The notes: generated from the letters alone by a model not told the origin. Counted from the stretch's first letter, positions 34,439 through 44,295 are shown. The stretch: 64,000 nucleotides of DNA from Elusimicrobiota bacterium (GCA_016212825.1 JACRDS010000026.1:31413-95412); one strand, 5' to 3'. Program-made: numbers and translations.

Positions 34439-35413
34439 ATGCCTGTGAAAGTCGCGGAGGAATGGCTTAACATCTGCGGTGGCTGCGAGGTCAGCATACT
34501 CGACATCGGCGAGCCGCTCTTGGACCTGCTGCCGAACCTGGAGTTCGTGCACATGCCCGTGCTCATGGACCACAAGTACCACGGCCAGACCGGCGAGGGC
34601 GATCCGCACAAGATCGACATCCCGGACGCGGACGTGGGCATCATCTCCGGCGGCATCCGCAACGAGAAGGAGAAGCAGGTCGCCCTGGCGATGCGGGCCA
34701 AGTGCAAGACCGTGGTGGCCCTGGGCTCCTGCGCCTGCTACGGCGGCATCCCGGCTTTGGCCAACATGTGGTCCCTGACCGACATGTGCGACAAGGTCTA
34801 CAAGGACAGCAAGTCCACGGAGAAGGCCGACACGCCCAAGACCGACCTGCCGCCGCTCCTGGACCGCGTCTACGCCCTCGACGAGGTCATCAAGGTGGAC
34901 CTGGCCATCCCGGGCTGCCCCACCTCCTCGGACTGGATCAAGGAAGCCCTGCTCTCCTTGCTCTCGGGCAAGCCCTTCGCCATGCCGGATAAGTCCGTGT
35001 GCGACGAGTGCCCGACCAAGCGCGAGAAGAAGGCCTCCGGCGGCACTATCAAGCGGCCCCTGGAGAACATGGCCTTCAAGCAGGACGCGCCCTGGGAGGA
35101 GACCCGCTGCTTCATGGAGCAGGGCTACCTGTGCCTGGGCCCGGTGACCCGGGCCGGCTGCGCGGGCATGAGCATGGAGGCGGGCGAGGCCAAGGTGCCG
35201 CGCTGCATCAAGGGCTACATGCCCTGCCGGGGCTGCTTCGGCCCGGTCAAGAAGGGCTCCAACCCGCTCGTGGACATGATGGGCGCGCTGTCCTCCATCG
35301 GCCTCAAGGCCGACCAGGTCAGCGACCGCCGCGCCATGCTCAGCCGCTACGTGGGCGGCCACGGCATGCTCAAGCCGCTTCCGGCCAAGGCGCCGGCGCC
35401 GGTGAAGAAGTAG
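34439..35413 (+). CDS. mvhG: [NiFe] hydrogenase small subunit (group 3, MvhG-like)
   Basis: NICGGCEVS, LGSCACYGGIP, GCPTSSDW and the C-terminal Cys cluster CRGCFGP. Confidence 0.85.
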   Translation: MPVKVAEEWLNICGGCEVSILDIGEPLLDLLPNLEFVHMPVLMDHKYHGQTGEGDPHKIDIPDADVGIISGGIRNEKEKQVALAMRAKCKTVVALGSCACYGGIPALANMWSLTDMCDKVYKDSKSTEKADTPKTDLPPLLDRVYALDEVIKVDLAIPGCPTSSDWIKEALLSLLSGKPFAMPDKSVCDECPTKREKKASGGTIKRPLENMAFKQDAPWEETRCFMEQGYLCLGPVTRAGCAGMSMEAGEAKVPRCIKGYMPCRGCFGPVKKGSNPLVDMMGALSSIGLKADQVSDRRAMLSRYVGGHGMLKPLPAKAPAPVKK

Positions 35414-35435
35414 GGACTTCTCAGGAGGCACTGCA

Positions 35436-36881
35436 ATGGCTAAGACTCTCACCATCGCGCCGGTCTCGAGGCTGGAAGGCCACGCCAAGGTCACCATCAA
35501 CCTCGACGACGCGGGCGACGTCAAGGACACCTTCGTCAACATCGTGGAACTGCGCGGCTTCGAGAAGTTCTGCCAGGGCCGCCCGGTCGAGGAGCTGCCC
35601 CGCATCGTGACCAGCATCTGCGGGGTCTGCCCCTGGTCGCACCACCTGGCCTCGTCGAAGGCCTGCGACGCGGTCTTCGGCGTGACCCCGCCGCCGGCGG
35701 GGCGCAAGCTGCGCGAGCTGTGCAACTCGGTGGCCTACACCGAGGAGCACATCCTGCACTTCTTCTTCCTGGCCGGTGCGGACTACGTGCTGGGACCGGG
35801 CGCCGACTACAAGACCCGCAACGTCATCGGCATCGCGGCGGCCGCGCCCGAGATCGGCAAGAGGGTGGTGCGCAACCGCCAGCTCGGCGCGCGCATGCTC
35901 AACGTCATCTCGGGCAAGTCCATCCACCCCGTAACCTCGGTGCCGGGCGGCTTCTCCAAGCCGCTCACCGCCAAGGAGCGCGACCTGTGCCTCCCGCTGG
36001 CCGAGGAGATCCTGGAGTTCGCCAAGTGGGGCATGGCCTGGGCCAAGTCCGAGGTGTTCCCCAAGTACCTCGACGCGGTCAAGTCCGTGGGCGTCATCAA
36101 GACCGGGTACATGGGCACGGTGCGCGGCGACGGGACCATGGACCTCTACGACGGCAAGATCCGGCTCATGAAGCCGGACGGGAGCTTCGCGGACTTCGCG
36201 GACTCGGACTACCTCGATTACATCGAGGAGAAGGTCCTGCCCTGGTCCTACATGAAGTTCCCCTACGCCAAGTCCTGGAACGAGGGCTTCTCCATGGACC
36301 TGGCCGCGCCCAAGGGCATCTACCGCACCAACACCCTGGCGCGCATCAACGCCTGCGACAAGCTCGCCACCCCGCTGGCGCAGAAGGAGCTGGAGGAGTT
36401 CCGCAGGGGTTTCGGCCGCCCCTGCCACCTGACCCTGCTCTACAACTGGGCCCGGCTCATCGAGCTGCTCTACAACGCGGAGTACGCGGTGCAGCTGCTC
36501 AAGGACCCGGAGATCACGAGCAAAGAGACCCGCGTGCCGGTGACGCCTCGGGCCGGCCGGGGCGTGGGGCACGTGGAGGCGCCGCGCGGCACCCTCATCC
36601 ACGACTACGAGACCGACGCGCAGGGGCTGGTGACCAACGTCAACCTCATCGTGGGCACCACGCACAACAACGCGCCCATCAACATGGCGGTCAAGCAGTC
36701 GGCGCAGAGCCTCATCAAGGGCGGCAAGTACGACGAGGCCCTCCTCAACACCGTGGAGATGTCCATCCGCGCCTACGACCCGTGCTTCTCCTGCGCGACC
36801 CACAACCTCGACGGCCGCCTGGCCGTCAAGGTGGACGTGGTGGGAGCCGACGGGGAGGTCCGGGCCACGCTGGCCAACTGA
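35436..36881 (+). CDS. mvhA: [NiFe] hydrogenase large subunit (group 3, MvhA-like)
   Basis: N-terminal RLEGH and the L1 motif ICGVCPWSHH. C-terminal L2 motif DPCFSCATH. Confidence 0.9.
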   Translation: MAKTLTIAPVSRLEGHAKVTINLDDAGDVKDTFVNIVELRGFEKFCQGRPVEELPRIVTSICGVCPWSHHLASSKACDAVFGVTPPPAGRKLRELCNSVAYTEEHILHFFFLAGADYVLGPGADYKTRNVIGIAAAAPEIGKRVVRNRQLGARMLNVISGKSIHPVTSVPGGFSKPLTAKERDLCLPLAEEILEFAKWGMAWAKSEVFPKYLDAVKSVGVIKTGYMGTVRGDGTMDLYDGKIRLMKPDGSFADFADSDYLDYIEEKVLPWSYMKFPYAKSWNEGFSMDLAAPKGIYRTNTLARINACDKLATPLAQKELEEFRRGFGRPCHLTLLYNWARLIELLYNAEYAVQLLKDPEITSKETRVPVTPRAGRGVGHVEAPRGTLIHDYETDAQGLVTNVNLIVGTTHNNAPINMAVKQSAQSLIKGGKYDEALLNTVEMSIRAYDPCFSCATHNLDGRLAVKVDVVGADGEVRATLAN

Positions 36882-36933
36882 GGCAAGAGTACGGGGGTGC
36901 CCGCCCTGGCGGGCGGGCGCCCCGCCCCTTGAT

Positions 36934-37455
36934 ATGCAGACCACCCATCGCGACCCGGCCGAGGAGCGCACCGAGGCCATAGACGCCGCGGCGGCGGACG
37001 TGCTCATCATCGGCTGCGGCAACGTGCTCATGGGCGACGACGGCTTCGGCCCGGCCTTCATCAAGCACCTGGAGCAGACGGGCGGGCTGCCCGAGGGCGT
37101 AGGCCTGCTCGACGCGGGCACGGGCGTGCGTTCCTTCCTCTTCGGCCTGGTGCTCGCGGACCAGAAGCCCCGGCGCATCCTCATCGTCGACGCCGTGGAC
37201 ATGGGCCGCAAGCCCGGCGAGGTCTTCCACATAGACCTGGAGGCCGTGCCCGCGCTGAAAGCCGACGATTTCTCTTTGCACCAGCTGCCCACCTCCAACA
37301 TGCTGCGCGAGCTGCGCGACAGCTGCGGCGTGGAGGTGGGCGTGCTGGCCGTACAGGTCGAGTCCATCCCGGACCGGGTGGACTGGGGCCTCTCACCCCC
37401 CATGATCCAGGCCCTGGAGCCGGCGCGCGCCGCGGTCCTGGCCTGGCTGGGCTGA
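36934..37455 (+). CDS. Hydrogenase maturation endopeptidase (HycI/HyaD/FrhD family)
   Basis: VLIIGCGNVLMGDDGFGPAFIKHL, the canonical GxGNxxxxDDGxG motif. Confidence 0.8.
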   Translation: MQTTHRDPAEERTEAIDAAAADVLIIGCGNVLMGDDGFGPAFIKHLEQTGGLPEGVGLLDAGTGVRSFLFGLVLADQKPRRILIVDAVDMGRKPGEVFHIDLEAVPALKADDFSLHQLPTSNMLRELRDSCGVEVGVLAVQVESIPDRVDWGLSPPMIQALEPARAAVLAWLG

Positions 37456-37456
37456 C

Positions 37457-38878
37457 TCATCGCCCGGGGGCCAGGCCGCCCGCGGCCAGGCCCAGCCGGT
37501 ACGCCACCAGGAAGTCGAGCGGGGAGAAGCGCTGCGGCGGTTCGCGGCGGTAGCCGAGCCAGTCGTCCAGGCTGTGCGCGGACCTCTGCCAGATGAAATC
37601 CGCGGGCGGCCGCTGCCAGAGGGGCAGGGGCTGGCTCAGGACGCGCAGGCCGGAGAACGGCCAGGGCCGGGTGTTGAGGTCGGACCGCTGGGAGTTGACG
37701 GTCTCCCGCAAGACCTTGCAGGCGGGATAGTCCCATTCCAGCATGGCCACCTGCGCGGCCCTGAAATGCGCGGTCCGGTCGGCCAGGAACTCCGCCACCA
37801 CGCCGTCTCGGGCAGGGGCAGTCATGCCTGAGCGCGCCAGGACCCAGTGGCCGAGGTACAGCCAGAAGGAGTTTCCCATGTTCTGGGTCACGTGCTCCAG
37901 CCGCACCAGGCCGCGGGCGTAGACGGCCTTGCGCTCGGGGGAATCCTCCGTCAGGAGCGCCGCGGCCAGGGCCAGGAACGCGATGTTGTGGTTCGTGGTC
38001 TTGTTGTTCCAGAGCAGGGGCCCCGAGCCGTAGGCGCCCCACCGGTCCTGGCCTTTGGCCACGAGATCCTGGTGGTCCGCGGCCCACGGGCCCGCGGGAT
38101 TGGCCCGGGCGGCGGCCTTGAGCGCCGCCAAGGTGACGAGGACGCCGGGCGGGGAGTTGAACACCGCCCCGCCCATCCGGCAGTAGCGGGTGGGGGAACC
38201 GTCCGAGTTGCGCAGCAGGTAGCCCGCCCCTCTGAGCCTGCGGCTGAAGCGCAGGAGGCCGGCGTCCGCCTTGGGACGCAGCGGCGGGACCAGCTCGCGC
38301 AGCATGGCCGCTCCGAAGATCCAGCCGGAGGCGGAATCGATGCTGGCGTCCTCCTTCCATTGCCAGCGGCCGTCCCGGGAATACCAGGGCCCGGGAGACT
38401 CGGCGGCGAGCCCCGCCGGATAGACGGAGCGGGCGATGGGCCAGCCGTGGGTCATGAGGAGCTCCAGTCCTTCCAGGGCGCGCCGCGCGCGCCGGAGGTT
38501 GCGGGGAGTGGGCGCCTGGGACCAGCGCAGGGCCGCCTCCGCCGCGTACACCCCCTGCCACAGGCAGACATCCCCCAGTTGGACGGGCGGGGTGGAGATG
38601 AGGAAGAGACGGCCGTCCTCCACGGTGAAGAGCCGGTCGAGATCCGCCTCCATGACCCGGGCTTGGGCGGCGAGCGGGCGCAGGTCCTTGCGCTGGGAGG
38701 CGCGGGAGAGTTGCAGGTGGGGCTCCAGCCCCAGGTGCACCGCATCCCAGCGCAGCAGGACCGCCAGCAGGCCGTCGAAGAAAAGGCCGCGCCAGCCGGG
38801 CAGCGCGTAGAAGGTCCCGGCGGACAGGAGACAGAGGAGCAGGCCGCCCAAGGCCGCCGCCCTGAAGGGCCGTCTCAT
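37457..38878 (-). CDS. Hypothetical membrane-anchored protein (about 473 aa). It may have an (alpha/alpha)6-toroid-like fold
   Basis: The internal Met at 38878 starts MRRPFRAAALGGLLLCLLSAGTFYAL, a signal/TM segment. The part of the track ORF upstream of it is Arg-rich noise. No confident motif. Confidence 0.4.
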   Translation of the reverse strand: MRRPFRAAALGGLLLCLLSAGTFYALPGWRGLFFDGLLAVLLRWDAVHLGLEPHLQLSRASQRKDLRPLAAQARVMEADLDRLFTVEDGRLFLISTPPVQLGDVCLWQGVYAAEAALRWSQAPTPRNLRRARRALEGLELLMTHGWPIARSVYPAGLAAESPGPWYSRDGRWQWKEDASIDSASGWIFGAAMLRELVPPLRPKADAGLLRFSRRLRGAGYLLRNSDGSPTRYCRMGGAVFNSPPGVLVTLAALKAAARANPAGPWAADHQDLVAKGQDRWGAYGSGPLLWNNKTTNHNIAFLALAAALLTEDSPERKAVYARGLVRLEHVTQNMGNSFWLYLGHWVLARSGMTAPARDGVVAEFLADRTAHFRAAQVAMLEWDYPACKVLRETVNSQRSDLNTRPWPFSGLRVLSQPLPLWQRPPADFIWQRSAHSLDDWLGYRREPPQRFSPLDFLVAYRLGLAAGGLAPGR

Positions 38879-38974
38879 CCGCCGTCCCACACGGATAGTG
38901 TGGGTCCTGCCGGCGGTTCCGTCAAGGCCGGCGATCCCTGGTGGGGCAGGTCGCCATTTGAGTATCCTTGTCTC

Positions 38975-39916
38975 ATGCCCGGCATCATCAGCCCCATCCT
39001 GCTCCTGGCGTTCCTGGCGGCGGGCCGGGCGGCTCCGGTCCCGGCACGGGAAGAGGAAGCGTTCGCAGCCCGCGTGCGCGTCGAAGAGGAGACGCCGCGC
39101 CATACGCTCTACGAGGTGCGCTTCCCGAGCGCCCTGCGCAGCCCTTTCCCGGTCAACGATACGGTGTGGGGCCACCTCTACGTGCCGAAGCCTGCGCGGC
39201 CGGCCGGCGCCAAGCCTGCGTGCATCCTCGTGCTCCCGGTGATGGCGGCCCCCAACGTCTGGATCGAGCTGCGCTTCGTGCACGCCTTCCTCAGACGCGG
39301 CTTCGCGGTCCTATGGCTGGAGATGCCGTACCAGTTCCATCGCCGGCCCCACCCTTCGGTGCCCAGCGGCCAGGTCTTCCTGGCGCGTTCGGCCCGGCGG
39401 CTCGGGGCGAATTTCCGCCAGTCCATCGCGGACGCCCGGCGGGCCTTGACCTGGCTCGGACGCAGCGGCCTGGTGGATCAGGAGCGCATCGGTCTCTTCG
39501 GGATCAGCCTGGGAGGGATGGTGGCCGCGGCGGTCTACAGCGTCGACGACAGGCCCAAGGGCGCCGTCCTGCTGCTGGCCGGGGCGGGTTTCCCCGACTT
39601 GGCGGTCAACGGTTCCCTGACCGCGGATTTCGTCCGGCGCGCGGGCATCGGGACGGAGGAGCTCCGCCGCGCCTGGCAGGGCCTCGACCCCGCGGCCTAC
39701 CGGGAGCGCAACCGCGGCAAGCCCGTCTGCCTCGTCAACGCGCGCTCGGACACCGTCGTCCCGAGGGACAACGCCCTCAAGCTCAAGGAGTCCTTCCCGG
39801 ACGCCAGGCAGTTGTGGGTCCCATTCGGGCATTACTCGTCCGCCGTCCATCTGCTCTGGGTGAGGTCCTACGCGGCCGGAGAGTTCTCCCGGCTCTTGTT
39901 CCCTCCCGGGCCATGA
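38975..39916 (+). CDS. Secreted alpha/beta-hydrolase (dienelactone hydrolase / prolyl-oligopeptidase-like)
   Basis: Signal peptide MPGIISPILLLAFLAAGRAAP and the nucleophile elbow GISLGG. It is the in-frame tail of the track ORF 37847..39916. Confidence 0.6.
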   Translation: MPGIISPILLLAFLAAGRAAPVPAREEEAFAARVRVEEETPRHTLYEVRFPSALRSPFPVNDTVWGHLYVPKPARPAGAKPACILVLPVMAAPNVWIELRFVHAFLRRGFAVLWLEMPYQFHRRPHPSVPSGQVFLARSARRLGANFRQSIADARRALTWLGRSGLVDQERIGLFGISLGGMVAAAVYSVDDRPKGAVLLLAGAGFPDLAVNGSLTADFVRRAGIGTEELRRAWQGLDPAAYRERNRGKPVCLVNARSDTVVPRDNALKLKESFPDARQLWVPFGHYSSAVHLLWVRSYAAGEFSRLLFPPGP

Positions 39917-39935
39917 ATTAGTATAATTAATAATC

Positions 39936-41186
39936 ATGAATATCCTAGTCCTGAACTGCGGCTCCTCCACGGTGAAATTCCAGGTCATCGCGACCGACGC
40001 GGACCTCATCAAGTCGGACGGCGACCGCCGGCTGGCCCACGGCCTGGTCGAGCGCATCGGCAGCCAGTGCCTCATCACCCTCCAGGCGGACGGCCAGAGG
40101 CCGATCAAGAGGGCGGCGCCGGTCCGGGACCATAAGTCCGCCATCGACATGATCGTGAAGTGGGCCATCTCGCCGGAGGCCAGGATCGACGGCATCCAGA
40201 AGCTCTCGGACCTCCAGGCCGTCGGGCACCGCGTGGTCCACGGCGGGGAGCGCTTCCGGACCTCCGCCTTGCTCGACGACGAGGTCATGCGGCAGATCGA
40301 GGACTGCATCGAGCTGGCCCCCCTGCACAACCCCGCCAATCTCAAGGGCATCTTGGCCGCGCGCGAGCTCCTGGGCGCGGGCATCCCCCAGGTGGCGGTC
40401 TTCGACACCGCCTTCCACTCCTCCATGCCCGAGACCTCGTACATCTACGGCATCCCCTACCAGCTCTACCGCCGGCACAAGATCCGCCGCTACGGCTTCC
40501 ACGGCACCTCCCACCGCTACGTGGCCTACAAGTACCGGCGCATCGCCAAGTTGGAGCGCGACCAGGTCAACGCCATCACCCTGCACCTGGGCAGCGGCTG
40601 CTCCGCCTGCGCCATCAAGGACGGCCTCTCCTTCGACACCTCCATGGGCTTCACGCCCCTGGAGGGGCTGATGATGGGCACGCGCTGCGGCGACATCGAC
40701 CCTTCCATCATCGACTTCCTGGTGCACAAGGAAGGCATGAGCATCGACCAGGTGGACGCTTTGCTCAACAAGCAGTCGGGCCTGCTGGGCGTCTCCGGCC
40801 TGACCAACGACATGCGCGAGCTCCTCGATGAGGAGGCGGAGCACCAGGACCGCCGGGCCCGCCTAGCCATCGACATCTTCTGCCAGAGGGTCCGTCGCTA
40901 CATCGGCGGCTACCTCGCCGAGATGGGCGGGGCCGACGCGGTGATCTTCACGGGCGGCATCGGGGAGCGCTCGCCGCTGATTCGCGGCCGGATCTGCGCG
41001 GGGCTGGACTGCCTGGGTCTGACCCTGGACAAGGGCCGCAACGAGCGCTGCCAGGGCGACGAGGCGGGGCTCATCACGGAGGAGGGCGCGGAGCTCAAGG
41101 CCTACGTCATCCCCACCAACGAGGAACTGCTCATCGCGCGGGACGCCTTCCGGGTGGTCTCCGGACAGACAGCGGTGGCGGCCTAG
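39936..41186 (+). CDS. ackA: Acetate kinase
   Basis: MNILVLNCGSSTVKFQV... and later FHGTSHRYV. A TATAAT sits at 39921-39926 just upstream. Confidence 0.9.
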   Translation: MNILVLNCGSSTVKFQVIATDADLIKSDGDRRLAHGLVERIGSQCLITLQADGQRPIKRAAPVRDHKSAIDMIVKWAISPEARIDGIQKLSDLQAVGHRVVHGGERFRTSALLDDEVMRQIEDCIELAPLHNPANLKGILAARELLGAGIPQVAVFDTAFHSSMPETSYIYGIPYQLYRRHKIRRYGFHGTSHRYVAYKYRRIAKLERDQVNAITLHLGSGCSACAIKDGLSFDTSMGFTPLEGLMMGTRCGDIDPSIIDFLVHKEGMSIDQVDALLNKQSGLLGVSGLTNDMRELLDEEAEHQDRRARLAIDIFCQRVRRYIGGYLAEMGGADAVIFTGGIGERSPLIRGRICAGLDCLGLTLDKGRNERCQGDEAGLITEEGAELKAYVIPTNEELLIARDAFRVVSGQTAVAA

Positions 41187-41266
41187 CCGGGCGCCGCGGG
41201 CCGGATGATTTTGCTATCATCTGGGGCGCCCGCGTAGGGGCGCACCGTCTTGGAGGGACCCGCGTC

Positions 41267-42484
41267 ATGAGCATCAGCACTCTCGCCCGATCCATCGCCG
41301 AATCCCCGACCTTGAGCCTCAACGAGGCCGCCCGCGTGCTGCGGGAGAAGGGGGAGGCCGTCATCCATCTGGGCGGCGGCGAGCCCAAGAACAAGACCCC
41401 CATCAACGCCATACTGACCTCGGCCGCCAAGCTGCGCGACGGCGACGTCAAGTACACGCCCACTGACGGCATCCCCTCGCTCAAGAAGGCCATCGTGCGC
41501 TACACCGAGGAGAACTACGACCGCATGGTCGGGCCGGAGAACATCATCGTCTCGGCCGGGGCCAAGCAAGCGCTCTACAATTTATTGTTCACCCTCCTGA
41601 ACCCGCAGGACGAGGTCATCGTGCTGGCCCCCTACTGGGTCAGCTACCCGGAGATGATCAAGATGGTCTACGGGGTGCCGGTGATCGTCACGCCGGAGGA
41701 CGGCCGCTTCGTGCCCCGCATGAAGGACATCGCGGCCGCGGTGAGTTCCTACACCAAGGCCATCATCGTCAACTCGCCCAACAATCCTTCGGGCGTCATG
41801 TATCCGCCGGAGTTCGTCGAGGAGCTGGTGCGCTTCTGCGAAGCTAAGGGCATCTACTACATCTCCGACGACATCTACCACAAGCTGGTCTTCGACGGCA
41901 AGCAGCCCGTCTCCCCGTATAAGTTCACGGACAAGGACCCGGAGAACACCAAGATCGTCTCCATCAACGGCATCTCCAAGCTCTACGGCATGACGGGCTT
42001 CCGCATCGGCTGGGTGGTGGCGCCCAAGGCCATGGTAGCTGTGCTGACCAACGTGCAGGCCCAGACCGTGTCCTGCACCTCCGTCATCCTGCAGGCCGCG
42101 GCCGAGGGCGCCCTGACCGGCCTGCAGAGCCCCATCGAATCCCTGCGCATGACCTTGGAGAACAACCGCAACGTCATGCTGCAGGAGCTGCGCGCCTTCG
42201 ACGGGGTCAAGGTCGCCAAGCCGGACGGCACCTACTACTGCCTGCCCGACTTCCGCGCCTACGGCAAGAGCTCGGTGGAACTCTCGCAGATGCTGCTCAA
42301 GCGGGCTTTGGTGGTGACCGTGCCGGGCAAGGAGTTCGGCATGGAAGGCCACCTGCGCCTGAGCTACTGCACCACGGTCAAGGACATCACCGAGGGCGTG
42401 GCCCGCATCAAGTGGGCCCTGGACCCCAACGCGCCCAAGGAAATCTACATCGGCGAGCGCAAGCTCGTGAGGGACTGGAAATGA
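41267..42484 (+). CDS. Class I/II PLP-dependent aminotransferase (aspartate aminotransferase-like)
   Basis: NSPNNPSGV and SKLYGMTGFRIGW, with the PLP lysine region. Confidence 0.85.
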   Translation: MSISTLARSIAESPTLSLNEAARVLREKGEAVIHLGGGEPKNKTPINAILTSAAKLRDGDVKYTPTDGIPSLKKAIVRYTEENYDRMVGPENIIVSAGAKQALYNLLFTLLNPQDEVIVLAPYWVSYPEMIKMVYGVPVIVTPEDGRFVPRMKDIAAAVSSYTKAIIVNSPNNPSGVMYPPEFVEELVRFCEAKGIYYISDDIYHKLVFDGKQPVSPYKFTDKDPENTKIVSINGISKLYGMTGFRIGWVVAPKAMVAVLTNVQAQTVSCTSVILQAAAEGALTGLQSPIESLRMTLENNRNVMLQELRAFDGVKVAKPDGTYYCLPDFRAYGKSSVELSQMLLKRALVVTVPGKEFGMEGHLRLSYCTTVKDITEGVARIKWALDPNAPKEIYIGERKLVRDWK

Positions 42485-44121
42485 ACAACCTCCTCGACAT
42501 CAAGACCCCGGCGGAAGCCACGGCGCAGTCGCTCAAGAGCGACTACGGCCTCAACAACCACGGCTTCTCCAACCTGCGCAAGGTCTACTGGAACCTCCCG
42601 ACCTCCGCCCTCTACGAGGAGGCCATCTTCCGGGGCGAGGCGCGCCTCTCGGACATGGGCGCCGTGCTCGTCGACACCGGCAAGCACACGGGCCGCTCCG
42701 CCAACGACAAGTTCGTCGTCAAGGAGGAGACCACCTCGGAGAAGGTCTGGTGGGGGGAGTACAACCGGCCCTTCAGCCCGGAGAAGTTCAACGACCTCTA
42801 CCAGCGCCTGCTGGGCTTCCTGCAGGGACGCGACCTCTTCGTGCAGGACTGCTACGGGGGGGCGGACCCGGACTACCGCCTGCCCGTGCGCATCATCACC
42901 GAGAAGGCCTGGCACAGCCACTTCGCGCGCAACATGCTGCTCAAGCCGGCCACCAACGAGGAGTACCGGCGCTTCGTGCCGGACTTCACGGTCATCTCCG
43001 TGCCCTCCTTCCAGGCCATGCCCCAGGTGGACGTGACCGCCTCCAACACCTTCATCCTGCTCAACTTCGCCCAGCGCCTGTGCATCATAGGCGGCACGGG
43101 CTACGGCGGGGAGATCAAGAAGTCGGTCTTCTCCATCCTCAACTACCTGCTGCCCCTGGAAGGCGTCTTCCCCATGCACTGCTCCGCCAACATCGGCGAG
43201 GCCGGCGACGCGGCCCTGTTCTTCGGGCTCTCGGGCACGGGCAAGACCACGCTCTCAGCCGACCCCTCGCGCCGGCTCATCGGCGACGACGAGCACGGCT
43301 GGAGCGACGCGGGCGTGTTCAACTTCGAGGACGGCTGCTACGCCAAGGTGATCCACCTCTCCTCCAGCGCGGAGCCGCAGATCTTCGGGGCCATCCGGCG
43401 CTTCGGCGCCATCCTGGAGAACGTGCCCTACGACCCGGTCACGCGCCTCATCGACCTCGACGACGAGTCGCGCACCGAGAACACCCGGGCCTCCTACCCG
43501 CTGGACTACATAGACAACGCGGTGCCGGAGAAGAAGGGCGGACATCCCAAGAACATCATCTTCCTGACCTGCGACGCCTCCGGCGTGATGCCGCCCATCG
43601 CCAAGCTCACCCCGGACCAGGCCCTCTACCAGTTCATCTCCGGCTACACCTCCAAGGTGGCGGGCACCGAGGCCGGGCTGGGCAAGGAGCCGGAGATGAC
43701 CTTCTCCACCTGCTTCGGCGCGCCTTTCATGGTGCACCACCCGGCGGTCTACGCGGACCTGCTCAAGCGCAAGGTGCTCAAGCACGGGGTCGACTGCTGG
43801 CTGGTCAACACGGGCTGGGTGGGCGGCCCTTACGGCGTGGGCAAGCGCATCAGCATCCGGCACACCCGCGGCCTGCTCAACGCGGTCCTGAGCGGCAAGC
43901 TTCTGAAGGTGGAGTTCGTCATAGACCCGGTGTTCGGCTTCCAGGTGCCCAAGTCCTGCGACGGGGTGCCGGCCGGGGTGCTCAACCCCTCGGAGTCCTG
44001 GTCCGACAAGGGCCACTACAGCCAGCGCTACCGCGAACTGGCCACCCGGTTCATCGAGAACTTCAAGAAGTTCGAGACCGGCTGTCCCGCCGAGGTCCGC
44101 GCCGCCGGGCCCAGGCGCTAG
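42481..44121 (+). CDS. pckA: Phosphoenolpyruvate carboxykinase (ATP)
   Basis: MNNLLDIKTPAE..., FFGLSGTGKTTLS (kinase-1a), CSANIGEAGDAALFFGLSG. The ATG at 42481 overlaps the aminotransferase stop. Confidence 0.9.
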   Translation: MNNLLDIKTPAEATAQSLKSDYGLNNHGFSNLRKVYWNLPTSALYEEAIFRGEARLSDMGAVLVDTGKHTGRSANDKFVVKEETTSEKVWWGEYNRPFSPEKFNDLYQRLLGFLQGRDLFVQDCYGGADPDYRLPVRIITEKAWHSHFARNMLLKPATNEEYRRFVPDFTVISVPSFQAMPQVDVTASNTFILLNFAQRLCIIGGTGYGGEIKKSVFSILNYLLPLEGVFPMHCSANIGEAGDAALFFGLSGTGKTTLSADPSRRLIGDDEHGWSDAGVFNFEDGCYAKVIHLSSSAEPQIFGAIRRFGAILENVPYDPVTRLIDLDDESRTENTRASYPLDYIDNAVPEKKGGHPKNIIFLTCDASGVMPPIAKLTPDQALYQFISGYTSKVAGTEAGLGKEPEMTFSTCFGAPFMVHHPAVYADLLKRKVLKHGVDCWLVNTGWVGGPYGVGKRISIRHTRGLLNAVLSGKLLKVEFVIDPVFGFQVPKSCDGVPAGVLNPSESWSDKGHYSQRYRELATRFIENFKKFETGCPAEVRAAGPRR

Positions 44122-44179
44122 CAGTCTTTTTCATGCACGCCGGCCCCCGGCCGAGCGGCCTCCCGCGCGGCCCGTCTGC

Positions 44180-44210
44180 GACCCATTAGATTTATTCATG
44201 GGTCCATGAA
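44180..44210. promoter_or_regulatory. Two overlapping inverted repeats in the AT-rich leader upstream of citrate synthase
   Basis: GACCCAT-N11-ATGGGTC (44180-44204) and TTCATGG-GT-CCATGAA (44195-44210). Confidence 0.35.
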
Positions 44211-44295
44211 AATTATTAATTTGGTTTGAGCCGCGGCCGCTTGCTATCATTCGAAGCATAACGGAGTCCAAATCCCAGAGCAGCAGGAGAAGTCC

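Noticed and set aside
35421-38561. 1,046-aa minus-strand ORF antisense to mvhA, the protease gene and the downstream region. The same pattern recurs at 31661..34150 (-), 29993..31522 (-) and 45534..47906 (-)
   Set aside because: They are antisense to genes with unambiguous enzyme signatures, and the translations are low-complexity Arg/Gly/Ala/Pro-rich. This is typical long spurious ORFs from GC-rich DNA.
37847-38974. The 5' 376 codons of track ORF 37847..39916
   Set aside because: Only the last 313 codons, from ATG 38975, form a coherent signal peptide plus alpha/beta-hydrolase. The upstream part is antisense to the 37457..38878 gene and is compositional noise.
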